DNA of 63,528 nt, the filler included. It is 6 parts of 6 records of this genome, joined end to end, with 100 filler letters (N's around TTAATTAATTAA, not from the genome) between each part and the next. Parts side by side here need not be neighbours in the genome. Positions count along the whole stretch, not along the records: positions 47,265 to 57,958 come from SRR22947725_5817; positions 58,059 to 63,528 come from SRR22947725_5874; 4 more parts are not named here. The stretch is one strand, 5' to 3'. Under the pieces are notes generated by a model. It did no database searches. It saw only the letters and a list, made by a program, of their open reading frames with translations, and was not told the origin of the DNA. A program made the translations under genes and the position numbers. Positions 53,364-62,422 of the stretch are shown here, in pieces; within the stretch, counting starts at the first letter, position 1; every line of letters begins with the position of its first letter.

Positions 53364-53729
53364 ATGAAATCTAACAACAATCAATACAAAGTCCAGAAAC
53401 GCCGTTGGCGTACCCGGAAAAAAGTGGTGGGTAGCGCGGAACGACCTCGTATGAGTGTCCGCTTTACTGGCAAAAACATCTACGTTCAATTTATTGACGA
53501 TGCCAATGGGCATACTGTTGCATCTATATCTTCCATGCACAAATCAGTAGAAGATAGGGGTCAACTCAAAGCCAATGTGGCAAGTGCTACCAAACTAGGA
53601 GCTCAAGCTGCATCGATCGCCAAGGAAGCAGGTATTGAAAAGGTCGTTTTTGACCGAAGCGGTGCCAAATACCATGGAAAAGTCAAAGCATTAGCAGATG
53701 CCGCACGTGATGGTGGCCTGACTTTCTGA
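53364..53729 (+). CDS. rplR: 50S ribosomal protein L18
   Basis: RPRMSV and VFDR...YHGKVKALADAAR motifs. Confidence 0.97.
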   Translation: MKSNNNQYKVQKRRWRTRKKVVGSAERPRMSVRFTGKNIYVQFIDDANGHTVASISSMHKSVEDRGQLKANVASATKLGAQAASIAKEAGIEKVVFDRSGAKYHGKVKALADAARDGGLTF

Positions 53730-53765
53730 CCCTAGTAGGCATTAAATTTTTATAGGAGATATACT

Positions 53766-54434
53766 GTGGCTGAAAATCAAAATCCAAGTCAAAATTCCAG
53801 AAACAACCGAGGACCTTTCCAGGGAGGCAACCGCGGAGGCGGGCCCAACCGTGGAGGTGGAGGAGGGCGCTTCAACCGACGACCCCGTAGGGATCAGAAT
53901 AACCAAGATGACAGAGGTCCAGAGTTATTCGAAAAGGTCATTTATATCAATCGCTCTTCCAAAGTTGTTAAGGGAGGCCGTCGATTCAACTTCAGCGCAT
54001 TGGTTGTTGTTGGTAACCGAGAGGGTAAAGTCGGTCTTGGCTTTGGAAAAGCCGGTGAGGTGGCTAGTGCCATCAAGAAAGGCAGCGACAACGCTCGCGC
54101 TGAAATGGTGAGTGTATCGCTTCGCAATGATACAATCCCTCATGAGGTTCGTTCCATATACGATGGTGCCAATATTCTCTTGAAACCAGCCTGCCCTGGA
54201 ACAGGTGTCATTGCTGGTAAAGTCGTGCGCTCGGTCCTTGATGCAGCAGGCGTCTCAAACGTTTTATCAAAATCTCTAGGTTCTAAAAACGCGGCCAATG
54301 TCGCCAAAGCAACCTTACAGGCACTCCGTCAGTTACAACTGAAAAAAGATATCTACGCCAAAAGAGGCATGGAAGTGCGAACCCCAGCTGTCCCAGAGGC
54401 AGTTACAGCAGAAACAACCGAAGCAGTTAATTAA
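53766..54434 (+). CDS. rpsE: 30S ribosomal protein S5 with Gly/Arg/Asn-rich N-terminal extension
   Basis: KVVKGGRRFNFSALVVVG and GTGVIAG motifs; GTG start preceded by AGGAG. Confidence 0.96.
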   Translation: MAENQNPSQNSRNNRGPFQGGNRGGGPNRGGGGGRFNRRPRRDQNNQDDRGPELFEKVIYINRSSKVVKGGRRFNFSALVVVGNREGKVGLGFGKAGEVASAIKKGSDNARAEMVSVSLRNDTIPHEVRSIYDGANILLKPACPGTGVIAGKVVRSVLDAAGVSNVLSKSLGSKNAANVAKATLQALRQLQLKKDIYAKRGMEVRTPAVPEAVTAETTEAVN

Positions 54435-54440
54435 ATTTCT

Positions 54441-54917
54441 ATGCGACTTCATGACTTAAAGCCCCAACCGGGCGCAAAACACCGAAGAAAACGGCTTGGC
54501 CGTGGTGAAGGCAGTGGTCTTGGTAAAACAAGTGGACGCGGTCACAAAGGACAGCGTTCCCGCTCAGGCGGGACGATTCGCGAAGGCTTTGAAGGTGGCC
54601 AAATGCCTCTCCATCGTCGTTTGCCAAAACGCGGTTTCAACAACGCGGACCATACCACTTATTACATACCCGTAAACATTTCCAGTCTGGAAAGTTTTGA
54701 CGCTGGTAGTGTGATTGATGTTGAGACACTCCGCAAAGCTGGCTTGGCTCAGGGAAGCGGTCAAGGTGTGAAAATCCTAGGTAATGGCGAGCTCTCCAAG
54801 AAATTGACTCTCAAAGTCCAAGCCTTCAGCGCTTCGGCCAAACAAAAAATTGAGTCCGCAGGTGGTACTTGTGAGGCTGTGGCCCTGATACCCAAAACGG
54901 GCAAACGTGCTCTTTAA
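54441..54917 (+). CDS. rplO: 50S ribosomal protein L15
   Basis: [19 protein letters not shown] and [16 protein letters not shown] motifs. Confidence 0.98.
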   Translation: MRLHDLKPQPGAKHRRKRLGRGEGSGLGKTSGRGHKGQRSRSGGTIREGFEGGQMPLHRRLPKRGFNNADHTTYYIPVNISSLESFDAGSVIDVETLRKAGLAQGSGQGVKILGNGELSKKLTLKVQAFSASAKQKIESAGGTCEAVALIPKTGKRAL

Positions 54918-54929
54918 CCGATACCATAA

Positions 54930-56306
54930 ATGTTAGCCATCGTTCAAACATTCAGCAATTGTTTCAAGATACCCGAGTTAAAATCCCGGATCATCTTTAC
55001 ACTATTGCTTCTTTCTATCTGCCGATTAATTGCATTGGTACCTGTTCCAGGATTGGATGGTGCTCTTTTATCAGACTTTTTAGCCCAGACGGCTGAACAG
55101 GACGATCGCAGTTTGCTTGGCATGTATAGTCTGTTCACCGGTGGAGCACTCGAACGCTGTGCTATTGGTTCTTTGGGAATCATGCCCTACATCAGCGCCA
55201 CGATCATCATCCAGTTAATGACAGCCGTCTTGCCGGGATTAAGCAAGCTCGCCCGCGAAGAAGGCGGACGTGCTAAAATTATCCAATACGGTCGTTTTTT
55301 AACCTTGATCTTGTGTCTGGGACAAGGTTTCGTCATGGCTCTTGGTTGGGAAAATCCCTCCAAAATTTTCGATGGATTCACGGGGCAACTCGTTCTCTCA
55401 GACGCCATCTGGTGGTATCGTATCCAAACAGTACTTGTGTTGACAACAGGAACGCTTTTGTTGATGTGGCTTGGAGAGCAGATCACAGAACGGGGCATTG
55501 GCAATGGTATATCCCTTGTCATAACGATAGGTATTCTTGCTCGACTGCCTTCTGCCGTGAATCAGATTTATACCATGTTCTTCCCACCTGAAGGTGTCGT
55601 TGCTCAGTATAACCTACTCCATCTCGTAGGCTTGATTCTCATCTTTGCGGCAGTGACTGCTTTAGTTATTGCAGTGACGCAGGCTCAAAGAAAAATACCT
55701 GTGCAATATGCCCAACGAGCAGTCGGTCGAAAAGTTTACTCTGGCGGAAGCTCGTTCATGCCCTTGCGCGTCAACTACGCTGGTGTGATGCCTATCATTT
55801 TTGCTCAAGCCATTTTGATGTTCCCTGACAGAATTTTCATGCAGCTTGGAAGGATCACAGAGATCAAACTCTTTGAGGATATAAGTCGTATGATTGCTTA
55901 TGGTAGCGGTGGATTCATGTTGCTTGAAGGTTTGATGATCCTGTTTTTCTCATACTTCTGGGTCGCGACTCAGTTCAATGAGATCCAGATTGCAGATGAC
56001 CTCAAAAAATATGGTGGATACATACCGGGTGTTCGTCCCGGAACGGCCACCAGTGATTTTCTACATCGCACAATGAGCCGAATCACTTTCGCTGGAGCCA
56101 TGTTCCTCACCGGTATTGCGATCATTCCACCATTACTGCACACGGCAATGAATGTGCCGTTTGCTGCAGCTACTTTCTTCGGCGGCACAAGCCTGTTGAT
56201 TACAGTAGGCGTGGTATTGGATACAATGCGTCAGATGGAATCTCATTTATTGACACGTCACTACGATGGTTTTCTCAAGAAAGGGAAAATCAAGGGACGT
56301 TTCTAA
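54930..56306 (+). CDS. secY: preprotein translocase subunit SecY
   Basis: LGIMPYISATII, WLGEQITERGIGNGISL, IPGVRPG and GGTSLLI.VGV motifs. Confidence 0.98.
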   Translation: MLAIVQTFSNCFKIPELKSRIIFTLLLLSICRLIALVPVPGLDGALLSDFLAQTAEQDDRSLLGMYSLFTGGALERCAIGSLGIMPYISATIIIQLMTAVLPGLSKLAREEGGRAKIIQYGRFLTLILCLGQGFVMALGWENPSKIFDGFTGQLVLSDAIWWYRIQTVLVLTTGTLLLMWLGEQITERGIGNGISLVITIGILARLPSAVNQIYTMFFPPEGVVAQYNLLHLVGLILIFAAVTALVIAVTQAQRKIPVQYAQRAVGRKVYSGGSSFMPLRVNYAGVMPIIFAQAILMFPDRIFMQLGRITEIKLFEDISRMIAYGSGGFMLLEGLMILFFSYFWVATQFNEIQIADDLKKYGGYIPGVRPGTATSDFLHRTMSRITFAGAMFLTGIAIIPPLLHTAMNVPFAAATFFGGTSLLITVGVVLDTMRQMESHLLTRHYDGFLKKGKIKGRF

Positions 56307-56360
56307 TAAAGGCTTACGTCTCCCCAATTCCTACGCATTTAAACACGACTTATTTTCGTC

Positions 56361-57140
56361 ATGATTCGCCCTAAGAATGCAAAGGAAATTGAAGGAATGC
56401 GCGACGCAGGCGCTATGGCGAATACGGTCTTACTGGAAACAGCAAAGATCATAAAGCCTGGAATAAGCACCCGTGAAATTGACGAATTTGCTGCAGAGTG
56501 CATTGAACGATACAAAGGTAAGTCTGCATTTCTAGGTTACAGGGGTTACCCTTGTCACACTTGTATCTCAGTCAATGAAGAAGTAGTTCATGGTATTTGC
56601 GGCTCTCGAACTGTTCAGTTTGGAGACATCATCAGTCTTGATGTCGGTGTGACCTACCAAGGTTTCATAGGGGACAACGCAATTACAGTGGCAGCGGGTG
56701 GTTGCGAAGTGGAGATTCAGAATTTAATGGATGTGACACAACGTTCATTGGATGAAGGCATCAAAGCAGCCGTGTTGGGAAATCGGGTGGTAGACATATC
56801 TCGTGCAATTCAAAAACACGTAGAATCAAATGGCTACAGTGTGGTTCGTGAATTCGTAGGTCACGGTGTTGGACGAACGATGCATGAAGAACCGCAGATT
56901 CCGAATTTTGTTGATGGTGCGCCATCACCAAAATTGAAGGCTGGTATGACAATTGCAATTGAACCTATGGTTAACATGGGAAAACCGGAAGTCCTGATTC
57001 TGGAGGACGGGTGGACAGTGATTACAAAAGATCGCAAGCCATCAGCTCACTTTGAACACACCATCTTGGTGACAGAAGAGGAACCTGAAATTCTGACATG
57101 TGCGACCCGGATGGATTCGAAGGTAGAGGCATCGTCTTAA
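56361..57140 (+). CDS. map: type I methionine aminopeptidase
   Basis: CISVNEEVVHG, GHGVG..MHEEP, AIEPM and SAHFEHTI motifs. Confidence 0.97.
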   Translation: MIRPKNAKEIEGMRDAGAMANTVLLETAKIIKPGISTREIDEFAAECIERYKGKSAFLGYRGYPCHTCISVNEEVVHGICGSRTVQFGDIISLDVGVTYQGFIGDNAITVAAGGCEVEIQNLMDVTQRSLDEGIKAAVLGNRVVDISRAIQKHVESNGYSVVREFVGHGVGRTMHEEPQIPNFVDGAPSPKLKAGMTIAIEPMVNMGKPEVLILEDGWTVITKDRKPSAHFEHTILVTEEEPEILTCATRMDSKVEASS

Positions 57141-57307
57141 GCAAAATTGCAGACGACCGTCTTTGGGTAGAAATGCCAAATGGTCATCGCGTGGTTGCGG
57201 TGAATGCAAAAAAATCAAAATTTGAATTGTCAGAGATACAACCAGGCGATAAGGTCGCCGTTTTCTTCTCGCCATCTGATATGGCAAGAGGGACCATTTT
57301 AAATTAA
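57098..57307 (+). CDS. divergent translation initiation factor IF-1-like protein
   Basis: Occupies the infA position between map and rpmJ; G.V...VEMPNGH.V.A...PGDKV.V..SP.D..RG.I pattern, but lacks SGKMR. Confidence 0.65.
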   Translation: MCDPDGFEGRGIVLSKIADDRLWVEMPNGHRVVAVNAKKSKFELSEIQPGDKVAVFFSPSDMARGTILN

Positions 57308-57326
57308 AAATGGATATTAGAATTTT

Positions 57327-57440
57327 ATGAAAGTAAGAGCATCAGTTAAAAAACTTTGTGAGCATTGCCGCATCATTCGCCGTAAAGGTGTGATACGCGT
57401 TGTTTGCAGCAACCCTCGGCACAAACAGCGTCAAGGCTGA
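57327..57440 (+). CDS. rpmJ: 50S ribosomal protein L36 (zinc-binding form)
   Basis: Manual translation [37 protein letters not shown]; below the ORF-track size cutoff. Confidence 0.97.
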   Translation: MKVRASVKKLCEHCRIIRRKGVIRVVCSNPRHKQRQG

Positions 57441-57457
57441 TAGGAAAGACAGATTTT

Positions 57458-57853
57458 ATGGCAAGAATCATGGGTGTAGACATTCCCGGACACAAGCGAA
57501 TCGATATCGCTTTGCGATACATGTATGGCATTGGTCCGGCTATTTCGAATGAAATTATCGAAGCAACGGGCATTAAACCATCGATCCGGGCCAAGGACCT
57601 GACGGATGACCAATTATCCAAAATTGTTCATGCGATCCAGGATGGCCAATACATGATTGAAGGTGATCTTCGCCGGGAAATCAGCATGAATTTGAAGCGA
57701 ATGCAAGCGATCAAGTGTTATCGCGGTATTCGTCACATCCGTGGGTTACCCGTGCGTGGACAAAGAACATCCACGAATGCGCGTTCTCGTAAGGGAGCAC
57801 GAAAAACAGTGGGTATCCAGCGCAATCCTAACGCTAAATCCGGAATTCATTAA
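57458..57853 (+). CDS. rpsM: 30S ribosomal protein S13
   Basis: True start [10 protein letters not shown] at 57458; [19 protein letters not shown] motif. Confidence 0.97.
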   Translation: MARIMGVDIPGHKRIDIALRYMYGIGPAISNEIIEATGIKPSIRAKDLTDDQLSKIVHAIQDGQYMIEGDLRREISMNLKRMQAIKCYRGIRHIRGLPVRGQRTSTNARSRKGARKTVGIQRNPNAKSGIH

Positions 57854-57874
57854 GCAATTCCATTGATTTGATAT

Positions 57875-57958
57875 ATGGCAGAAGAAGAACAAAAAAAGGT
57901 TGAAGAAACCGAGGCCAAGAGTGCCGCAAAGCCTGAAGCTGCAGAGGCTCCCAAAGAG
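57875..57958 (+). CDS. rpsK: probable 30S ribosomal protein S11, acidic N-terminal extension only (truncated by the contig end)
   Basis: ATG after rpsM gives MAEEEQKKVEETEAKSAAKPEAAEAPKE; assignment rests on operon position only. Confidence 0.55.
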
Positions 57959-58058
57959 NNNNNNNNNNNNNNNNNNNNNNNNNNNNNNNNNNNNNNNNNN
58001 NNTTAATTAATTAANNNNNNNNNNNNNNNNNNNNNNNNNNNNNNNNNNNNNNNNNNNN
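57959..58058. other. artificial contig linker
   Basis: N44-TTAATTAATTAA-N44. Confidence 0.98.
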
Positions 58059-58127
58059 GGTAGACACGTTGGACTTAAAATCCAATGAACAGTAATGTTC
58101 GTATGGGTTCAAGTCCCATCTCGAGTA
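58059..58127 (+). tRNA. tRNA-Leu(TAA), 5' end truncated
   Basis: GGTAGACACG D-arm end, anticodon arm TTGGA-CTTAAAA-TCCAA, long variable arm GAACA..TGTTC and T-arm ATGGG-TTCAAGT-CCCAT; no encoded CCA. Confidence 0.92.
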
Positions 58128-58293
58128 CTAAACAGGAGACATTAGAAATTTTGTCTCCTGTTTTATTTTTAACAAGTTTTAACACATTAATTTTCTTGTA
58201 GATATACCCAAAACTTTCCTTAAACTTTGGAGTTCTATATTTTACAACGTCAAATTTCATTTTTTCATCAAGTATTGAATTCAGTAATTTATT
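58075..58293 (-). pseudogene. probable C-terminal remnant of a Bacteroidota large serine recombinase reading into the tRNA
   Basis: Minus frame NKLLNSILDEKMKFDVVKYRTPKFKESFGYIYKKIN resembles the SI..EKL.FD...YRT tail of tRNA-adjacent recombinases; no N-terminal part is present. Confidence 0.5.
58130..58164 (+). terminator. intrinsic terminator after tRNA-Leu
   Basis: AAACAGGAGACA / TGTCTCCTGTTT 12-bp stem followed by T-rich sequence. Confidence 0.8.
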
Positions 58294-58428
58294 TTAAATA
58301 ATTATATTTAAATTAAATAATAAGTCAGTTTCTAAAATTAAAGATTATCAATCTAAAGAAGGCTTACAAAACGAAAAAGGATTAGAGAGATATATCGATC
58401 AAATATTAACTGATAAAGCGAATAAAAA

Positions 58429-59274
58429 ATGAAAAAAATAATTATACTATTATTATTTGCTCAATCAATAGTTTTATCACAAGAAAGTATTAAACCTTAT
58501 ATTCCACTAAGTGGATCTTGGGTTTTAGATAAATCGTTTAGTGATGAGTTTAATAAATCTAATTTAGATGAAGCAATGTGGTGGGATTTTAATCCTGCAT
58601 GGCATGGTAGAAAACCTTCACATTTTGCACGATCAAACGTTAAAGTAAAAAAAGGATTATTAAGATTATCTGCAAAAAATTTAGATCCTAAAAAAGTTAG
58701 TGTTCAGGATAAATCAAGAGGATATGATAAATTTAGCACTGCAATTATAAAGAGCAAAAAAAAAAGTTATTATGGATATTATGAAGCCAGAGCAAAGTCA
58801 ATGAAAGCAGCTGTTTGTAATGCATTTTGGTTATATGACCCATTAGTTGAATCTGTTAAATATAGAGAAGGAGAATATTCTGAAGAGATTGATATTTTTG
58901 AAGTTTTTGGAAAAGCAAATAAAAAAGAAAATCAAAGAGCTTATTATGCGGCAGTACATCGTTATCAAACTCCTTATGTAGAATCCTTGGTTAATAAAAA
59001 AAAATATAAGTTAGAAAATAGGTTTACTAGATTAGAAGTTCCATTTGATTTTTATGAAGACTTTCATATTTATGGATTACTTTGGATGCCAGATGAATTA
59101 GTTTGGTATCTTGATGGCAAAGAAGTTTTTAGAAGAAAAAACGATTTTTTTAAAAGACCACTACATATGATATTTGACGCAGAAATTATGGAAAAATGGG
59201 ACGGGCTTCCTGACAGAGAAGACCTGCCAAGTACTTTTGAAGTTGATTATGTAAGAGTTTGGCGACCTAATTAA
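58429..59274 (+). CDS. secreted GH16 glycoside hydrolase (candidate red-algal galactanase)
   Basis: Signal peptide, SDEFN, YGYYEAR, NAFWL, catalytic EEIDIFE, FHIYGLLW and VDYVRVW motifs. Confidence 0.9.
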   Translation: MKKIIILLLFAQSIVLSQESIKPYIPLSGSWVLDKSFSDEFNKSNLDEAMWWDFNPAWHGRKPSHFARSNVKVKKGLLRLSAKNLDPKKVSVQDKSRGYDKFSTAIIKSKKKSYYGYYEARAKSMKAAVCNAFWLYDPLVESVKYREGEYSEEIDIFEVFGKANKKENQRAYYAAVHRYQTPYVESLVNKKKYKLENRFTRLEVPFDFYEDFHIYGLLWMPDELVWYLDGKEVFRRKNDFFKRPLHMIFDAEIMEKWDGLPDREDLPSTFEVDYVRVWRPN

Positions 59275-60390
59275 TTAAATTTTATTTGCTAATTCATTCC
59301 CTATAGATGAACCAATAGCTACTCCCATTCCGCCAAGTCTAATGCCGCAAAACACATTTTCACTAATAGATTTAACTATAGTAGTTTTTTTAGTCCCAAC
59401 CCCCATTATTCCACTCCACCTGTAATCAATTTCAAATTCTTTTTTTGGAAGAACTATATTTTTTAAAACCGATTCTAATTCAGATTGAATATTGTCATTG
59501 AGTCCGAAATTATCAGTTTCTTCTTTTTTAAAGTCTAAATTTCTTCCTCCACCTAACAAAATTCGATTGTCAATATTTCTAAAGTAATAGTATCCTCTAT
59601 CAAAATGAAAAGTCCCCTCAATTTGAAGGTTTTTTATTGGCTTAGTTATTAAAACTTGAGCTCTAGCAGGAATTATATTTTCATTTAATAATTTATTTGA
59701 AAAGCCATTTGTAGCTATAAATAACTTTGACGATTTGTAACTAAAGTTTTCAGTTACAATTTCAACATAACTCTTGTTTTCTAAAAATGATGTAACATTT
59801 ATATTATTTAGAATTCTTATATCTTTTCTTTTAACTTTTTCAAATAGAGCTTCCATCATCATACCTGTATCTAGCTGTCCCTCAAACGGATTAAAAATAA
59901 GCTTATTAACAATTTCTTTGAATCCAAAAAAATTGTCTTTAATCTCAAATACATTTGATGAAAATAAAGGTTTTAGAAGTTTGTTAATTTCATTCAATTT
60001 TAATTGACATTTTTCAAAAAGATCGACATCTTTTTTTGGAAAAATTTCAAAACCTCCATTTTGTTTATAATTAAGATTTTTGTCTCCAATTAAATTTCTC
60101 AAATATTTTAAACCTTCTTTTCTTTTTTTAATTAGAGAAATGATTTCAGATTCAGAGTGATTTTTTAAATCATCAATTATTTCAGATACACTACCAAAAC
60201 AAGCAAATCCTGCATTTTTAGTACTAGCTCCCTGTGGAAGACTTCCTTTTTCTAAAACTAATATTTTTGATTTAGGATATTTATCTTTAAGCTTTAATGC
60301 ACAATTTAAACCTACAATACCACTCCCTACAATAGTATAGTCAACATTACTTAACCATGATTTTATTTCCCAGTAAGATAAGTTCGTCAT
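59275..60390 (-). CDS. FAD-dependent oxidoreductase (DAO family)
   Basis: LSYWE, IVGSGIVG, GASTKNAGFACFGS and RLGGMGVAIG motifs. Confidence 0.88.
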   Translation of the reverse strand: MTNLSYWEIKSWLSNVDYTIVGSGIVGLNCALKLKDKYPKSKILVLEKGSLPQGASTKNAGFACFGSVSEIIDDLKNHSESEIISLIKKRKEGLKYLRNLIGDKNLNYKQNGGFEIFPKKDVDLFEKCQLKLNEINKLLKPLFSSNVFEIKDNFFGFKEIVNKLIFNPFEGQLDTGMMMEALFEKVKRKDIRILNNINVTSFLENKSYVEIVTENFSYKSSKLFIATNGFSNKLLNENIIPARAQVLITKPIKNLQIEGTFHFDRGYYYFRNIDNRILLGGGRNLDFKKEETDNFGLNDNIQSELESVLKNIVLPKKEFEIDYRWSGIMGVGTKKTTIVKSISENVFCGIRLGGMGVAIGSSIGNELANKI

Positions 60391-60393
60391 AAA

Positions 60394-62418
60394 CTAAAGT
60401 GTAATCCTAATACCACCAAAAATAGTTCTTTTTGGTGCAGGCTCATAATATCTTCCACCAAAGGCATTTATTCTAATGTTATCAAAATATTTTTTATCAA
60501 AAACATTACTTATAATTAAATAAGGATAAACAATAGATCTGGATAACTTAAATTCTTTTCCTATTTTAAAATTGAATGTATTGAATTTATCAATTTTAAT
60601 AGTATTCGAGTTATTCGCATATATAGTACCAATATTTTTAAAATTTAAGTTTAAAAACAATTCATTTTTAGTTTTATGCTCAATACTTAAAGTAAAAATA
60701 TCATTAGGAATTCCTGGAATTTTATTGCCTTTATAATTAAAGTTGTTTTCAATAAATTCCTTAAAAACATAGTCACCCAAAGAATATGAAGAGCTTATAA
60801 TAGTTCTATTTAGCGTGTATAAACCTGTAATTTCTATTCCGTTTCTTTCTGTTTTACCAGCATTATTATAGAATTTTTGATTTGGAAATTTTTCATCTTC
60901 ATAGGATAGAATTTCATCATTGGTAATTGATCTAAAATAGACGATATCAATATTTGATTTTTTTTGAGTATCAAACATCGAGAATCCTAATTCAAAACCC
61001 ATATTTATTTGAGATTTTAAATTTTTATTAAACCCAGTTCCAATTGGAGAGGAGCTAAATTCATTTAATGTTGGTGTTTCAAATCCGCTACTAGTATTAA
61101 CAAATATTCTACTTTTTTTATTCAACTTGTAGTTAAGTCCAAGGCTAGGATTAAAAGAACTCAATATTATATTTCCTGAAGAATCTCCATCAGAAAAGAA
61201 CAAATCTTCTAACTTTACCTTATTCGTATCATACCTTAAACCTGAGCTTATTGAAAAGCGGTCTAAATTATAGTTGTTTACTAAATATATTCCAAGGTTT
61301 GTAAATTTTTCGTTTTGATCTAAAACTTGTTCTCCAATAATTCCAATATCATTGTTATATCTTTTTCTTCTATCGATTTGATTTCCAATATCAAACCCTA
61401 TTTGAGTTTTAAGTTTTGATTTAAAAAGAAAGCTCCCTCCAATTCCCCAGTATTTTCTTTTTAAATCTATGGCTCCACCATTTTTTACAGGTATTTTTCC
61501 ATTAAAATTCCTATTTGAAATAAAAGCATAAGTTGAAAATGATAATTTTTCATTTATTTTTTTATTAAAGCTTGAGCTAGCTTTATAGTGATTTATTTCT
61601 TCGCTAGTATTGTATTGTAAATTTCGTTCACGAGCTTGTTCTCTGTCTTGATTTACTTCTTCTATTTTTAATCCACCTGGATCATTCGAATATGGACTGT
61701 CAACTATATTAAAATTAAAACTCAGCCATGAATCTTTAGAAATATTTTTTTTAACTCTAAAATTTAAATTAGAATTTTTAAAATCTCCAAAGTTCCTATA
61801 TCCGTTCCCTTTTGTTTCACTCACTAAAAAAGTATAAAACGTTTCATTACTTTTTATACCAACCAATGCTTGTTTTTTTTCTTGATTATTAGAACCTAAT
61901 GCATATCCAATTTTTGTAAAATTTTTCTCAAATTCGGAAATAGATTGTATTTTAATAACTCCTGCAGAGGAATTACCATATAAGGAAGAATTAGTCCCCC
62001 TTATTATTTCAATTTTTTCAATTATTTCTAAATTTAAATTATCTATTTGAGATTGTCCATCAGGTGTAGTTTCTGGAACTCCATCCACAATTAATTTTAT
62101 TCCTCTTATTCCAAAGTTTGCTCTGGATCCAAATCCTCTTATGGATATTCTTGAGTCTTGTGCAAAATTATTATCATTTGAAATAAAGACACCAGGAACA
62201 TTTTCAATATATTCACTTAAATAAAATTGTTTTGCGGTAGATTGAAATTTTGAAAAACTTTTTGATGAAATTGCAAAAGGAGAGTTTTTGATATTTTCCT
62301 TGATTTTTGTAATTGAAACAACAACTTCTTTAAGCTTAATACTGTCATTCAAAGAGTTTTGTGAATAAGAAAAAAATCCCTGTAATACTAAAATTAAAAT
62401 TATTCTATTTTTTAGCAT
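60394..62418 (-). CDS. TonB-dependent receptor, YncD/PqqU-like
   Basis: Plug NFAQD.RISIRGFGSRANFGIRGIKLIVDGVP.T.PDGQ, GFETPTLNE and C-terminal GRYYEPAP motifs. Confidence 0.88.
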   Translation of the reverse strand: MLKNRIILILVLQGFFSYSQNSLNDSIKLKEVVVSITKIKENIKNSPFAISSKSFSKFQSTAKQFYLSEYIENVPGVFISNDNNFAQDSRISIRGFGSRANFGIRGIKLIVDGVPETTPDGQSQIDNLNLEIIEKIEIIRGTNSSLYGNSSAGVIKIQSISEFEKNFTKIGYALGSNNQEKKQALVGIKSNETFYTFLVSETKGNGYRNFGDFKNSNLNFRVKKNISKDSWLSFNFNIVDSPYSNDPGGLKIEEVNQDREQARERNLQYNTSEEINHYKASSSFNKKINEKLSFSTYAFISNRNFNGKIPVKNGGAIDLKRKYWGIGGSFLFKSKLKTQIGFDIGNQIDRRKRYNNDIGIIGEQVLDQNEKFTNLGIYLVNNYNLDRFSISSGLRYDTNKVKLEDLFFSDGDSSGNIILSSFNPSLGLNYKLNKKSRIFVNTSSGFETPTLNEFSSSPIGTGFNKNLKSQINMGFELGFSMFDTQKKSNIDIVYFRSITNDEILSYEDEKFPNQKFYNNAGKTERNGIEITGLYTLNRTIISSSYSLGDYVFKEFIENNFNYKGNKIPGIPNDIFTLSIEHKTKNELFLNLNFKNIGTIYANNSNTIKIDKFNTFNFKIGKEFKLSRSIVYPYLIISNVFDKKYFDNIRINAFGGRYYEPAPKRTIFGGIRITL

Positions 62419-62422
62419 GTAT

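Noticed and set aside
57404-57457. N-terminal extension of S13 given by the ORF track
   Set aside because: It overlaps rpmJ; the conserved S13 start MARI is at 57458.
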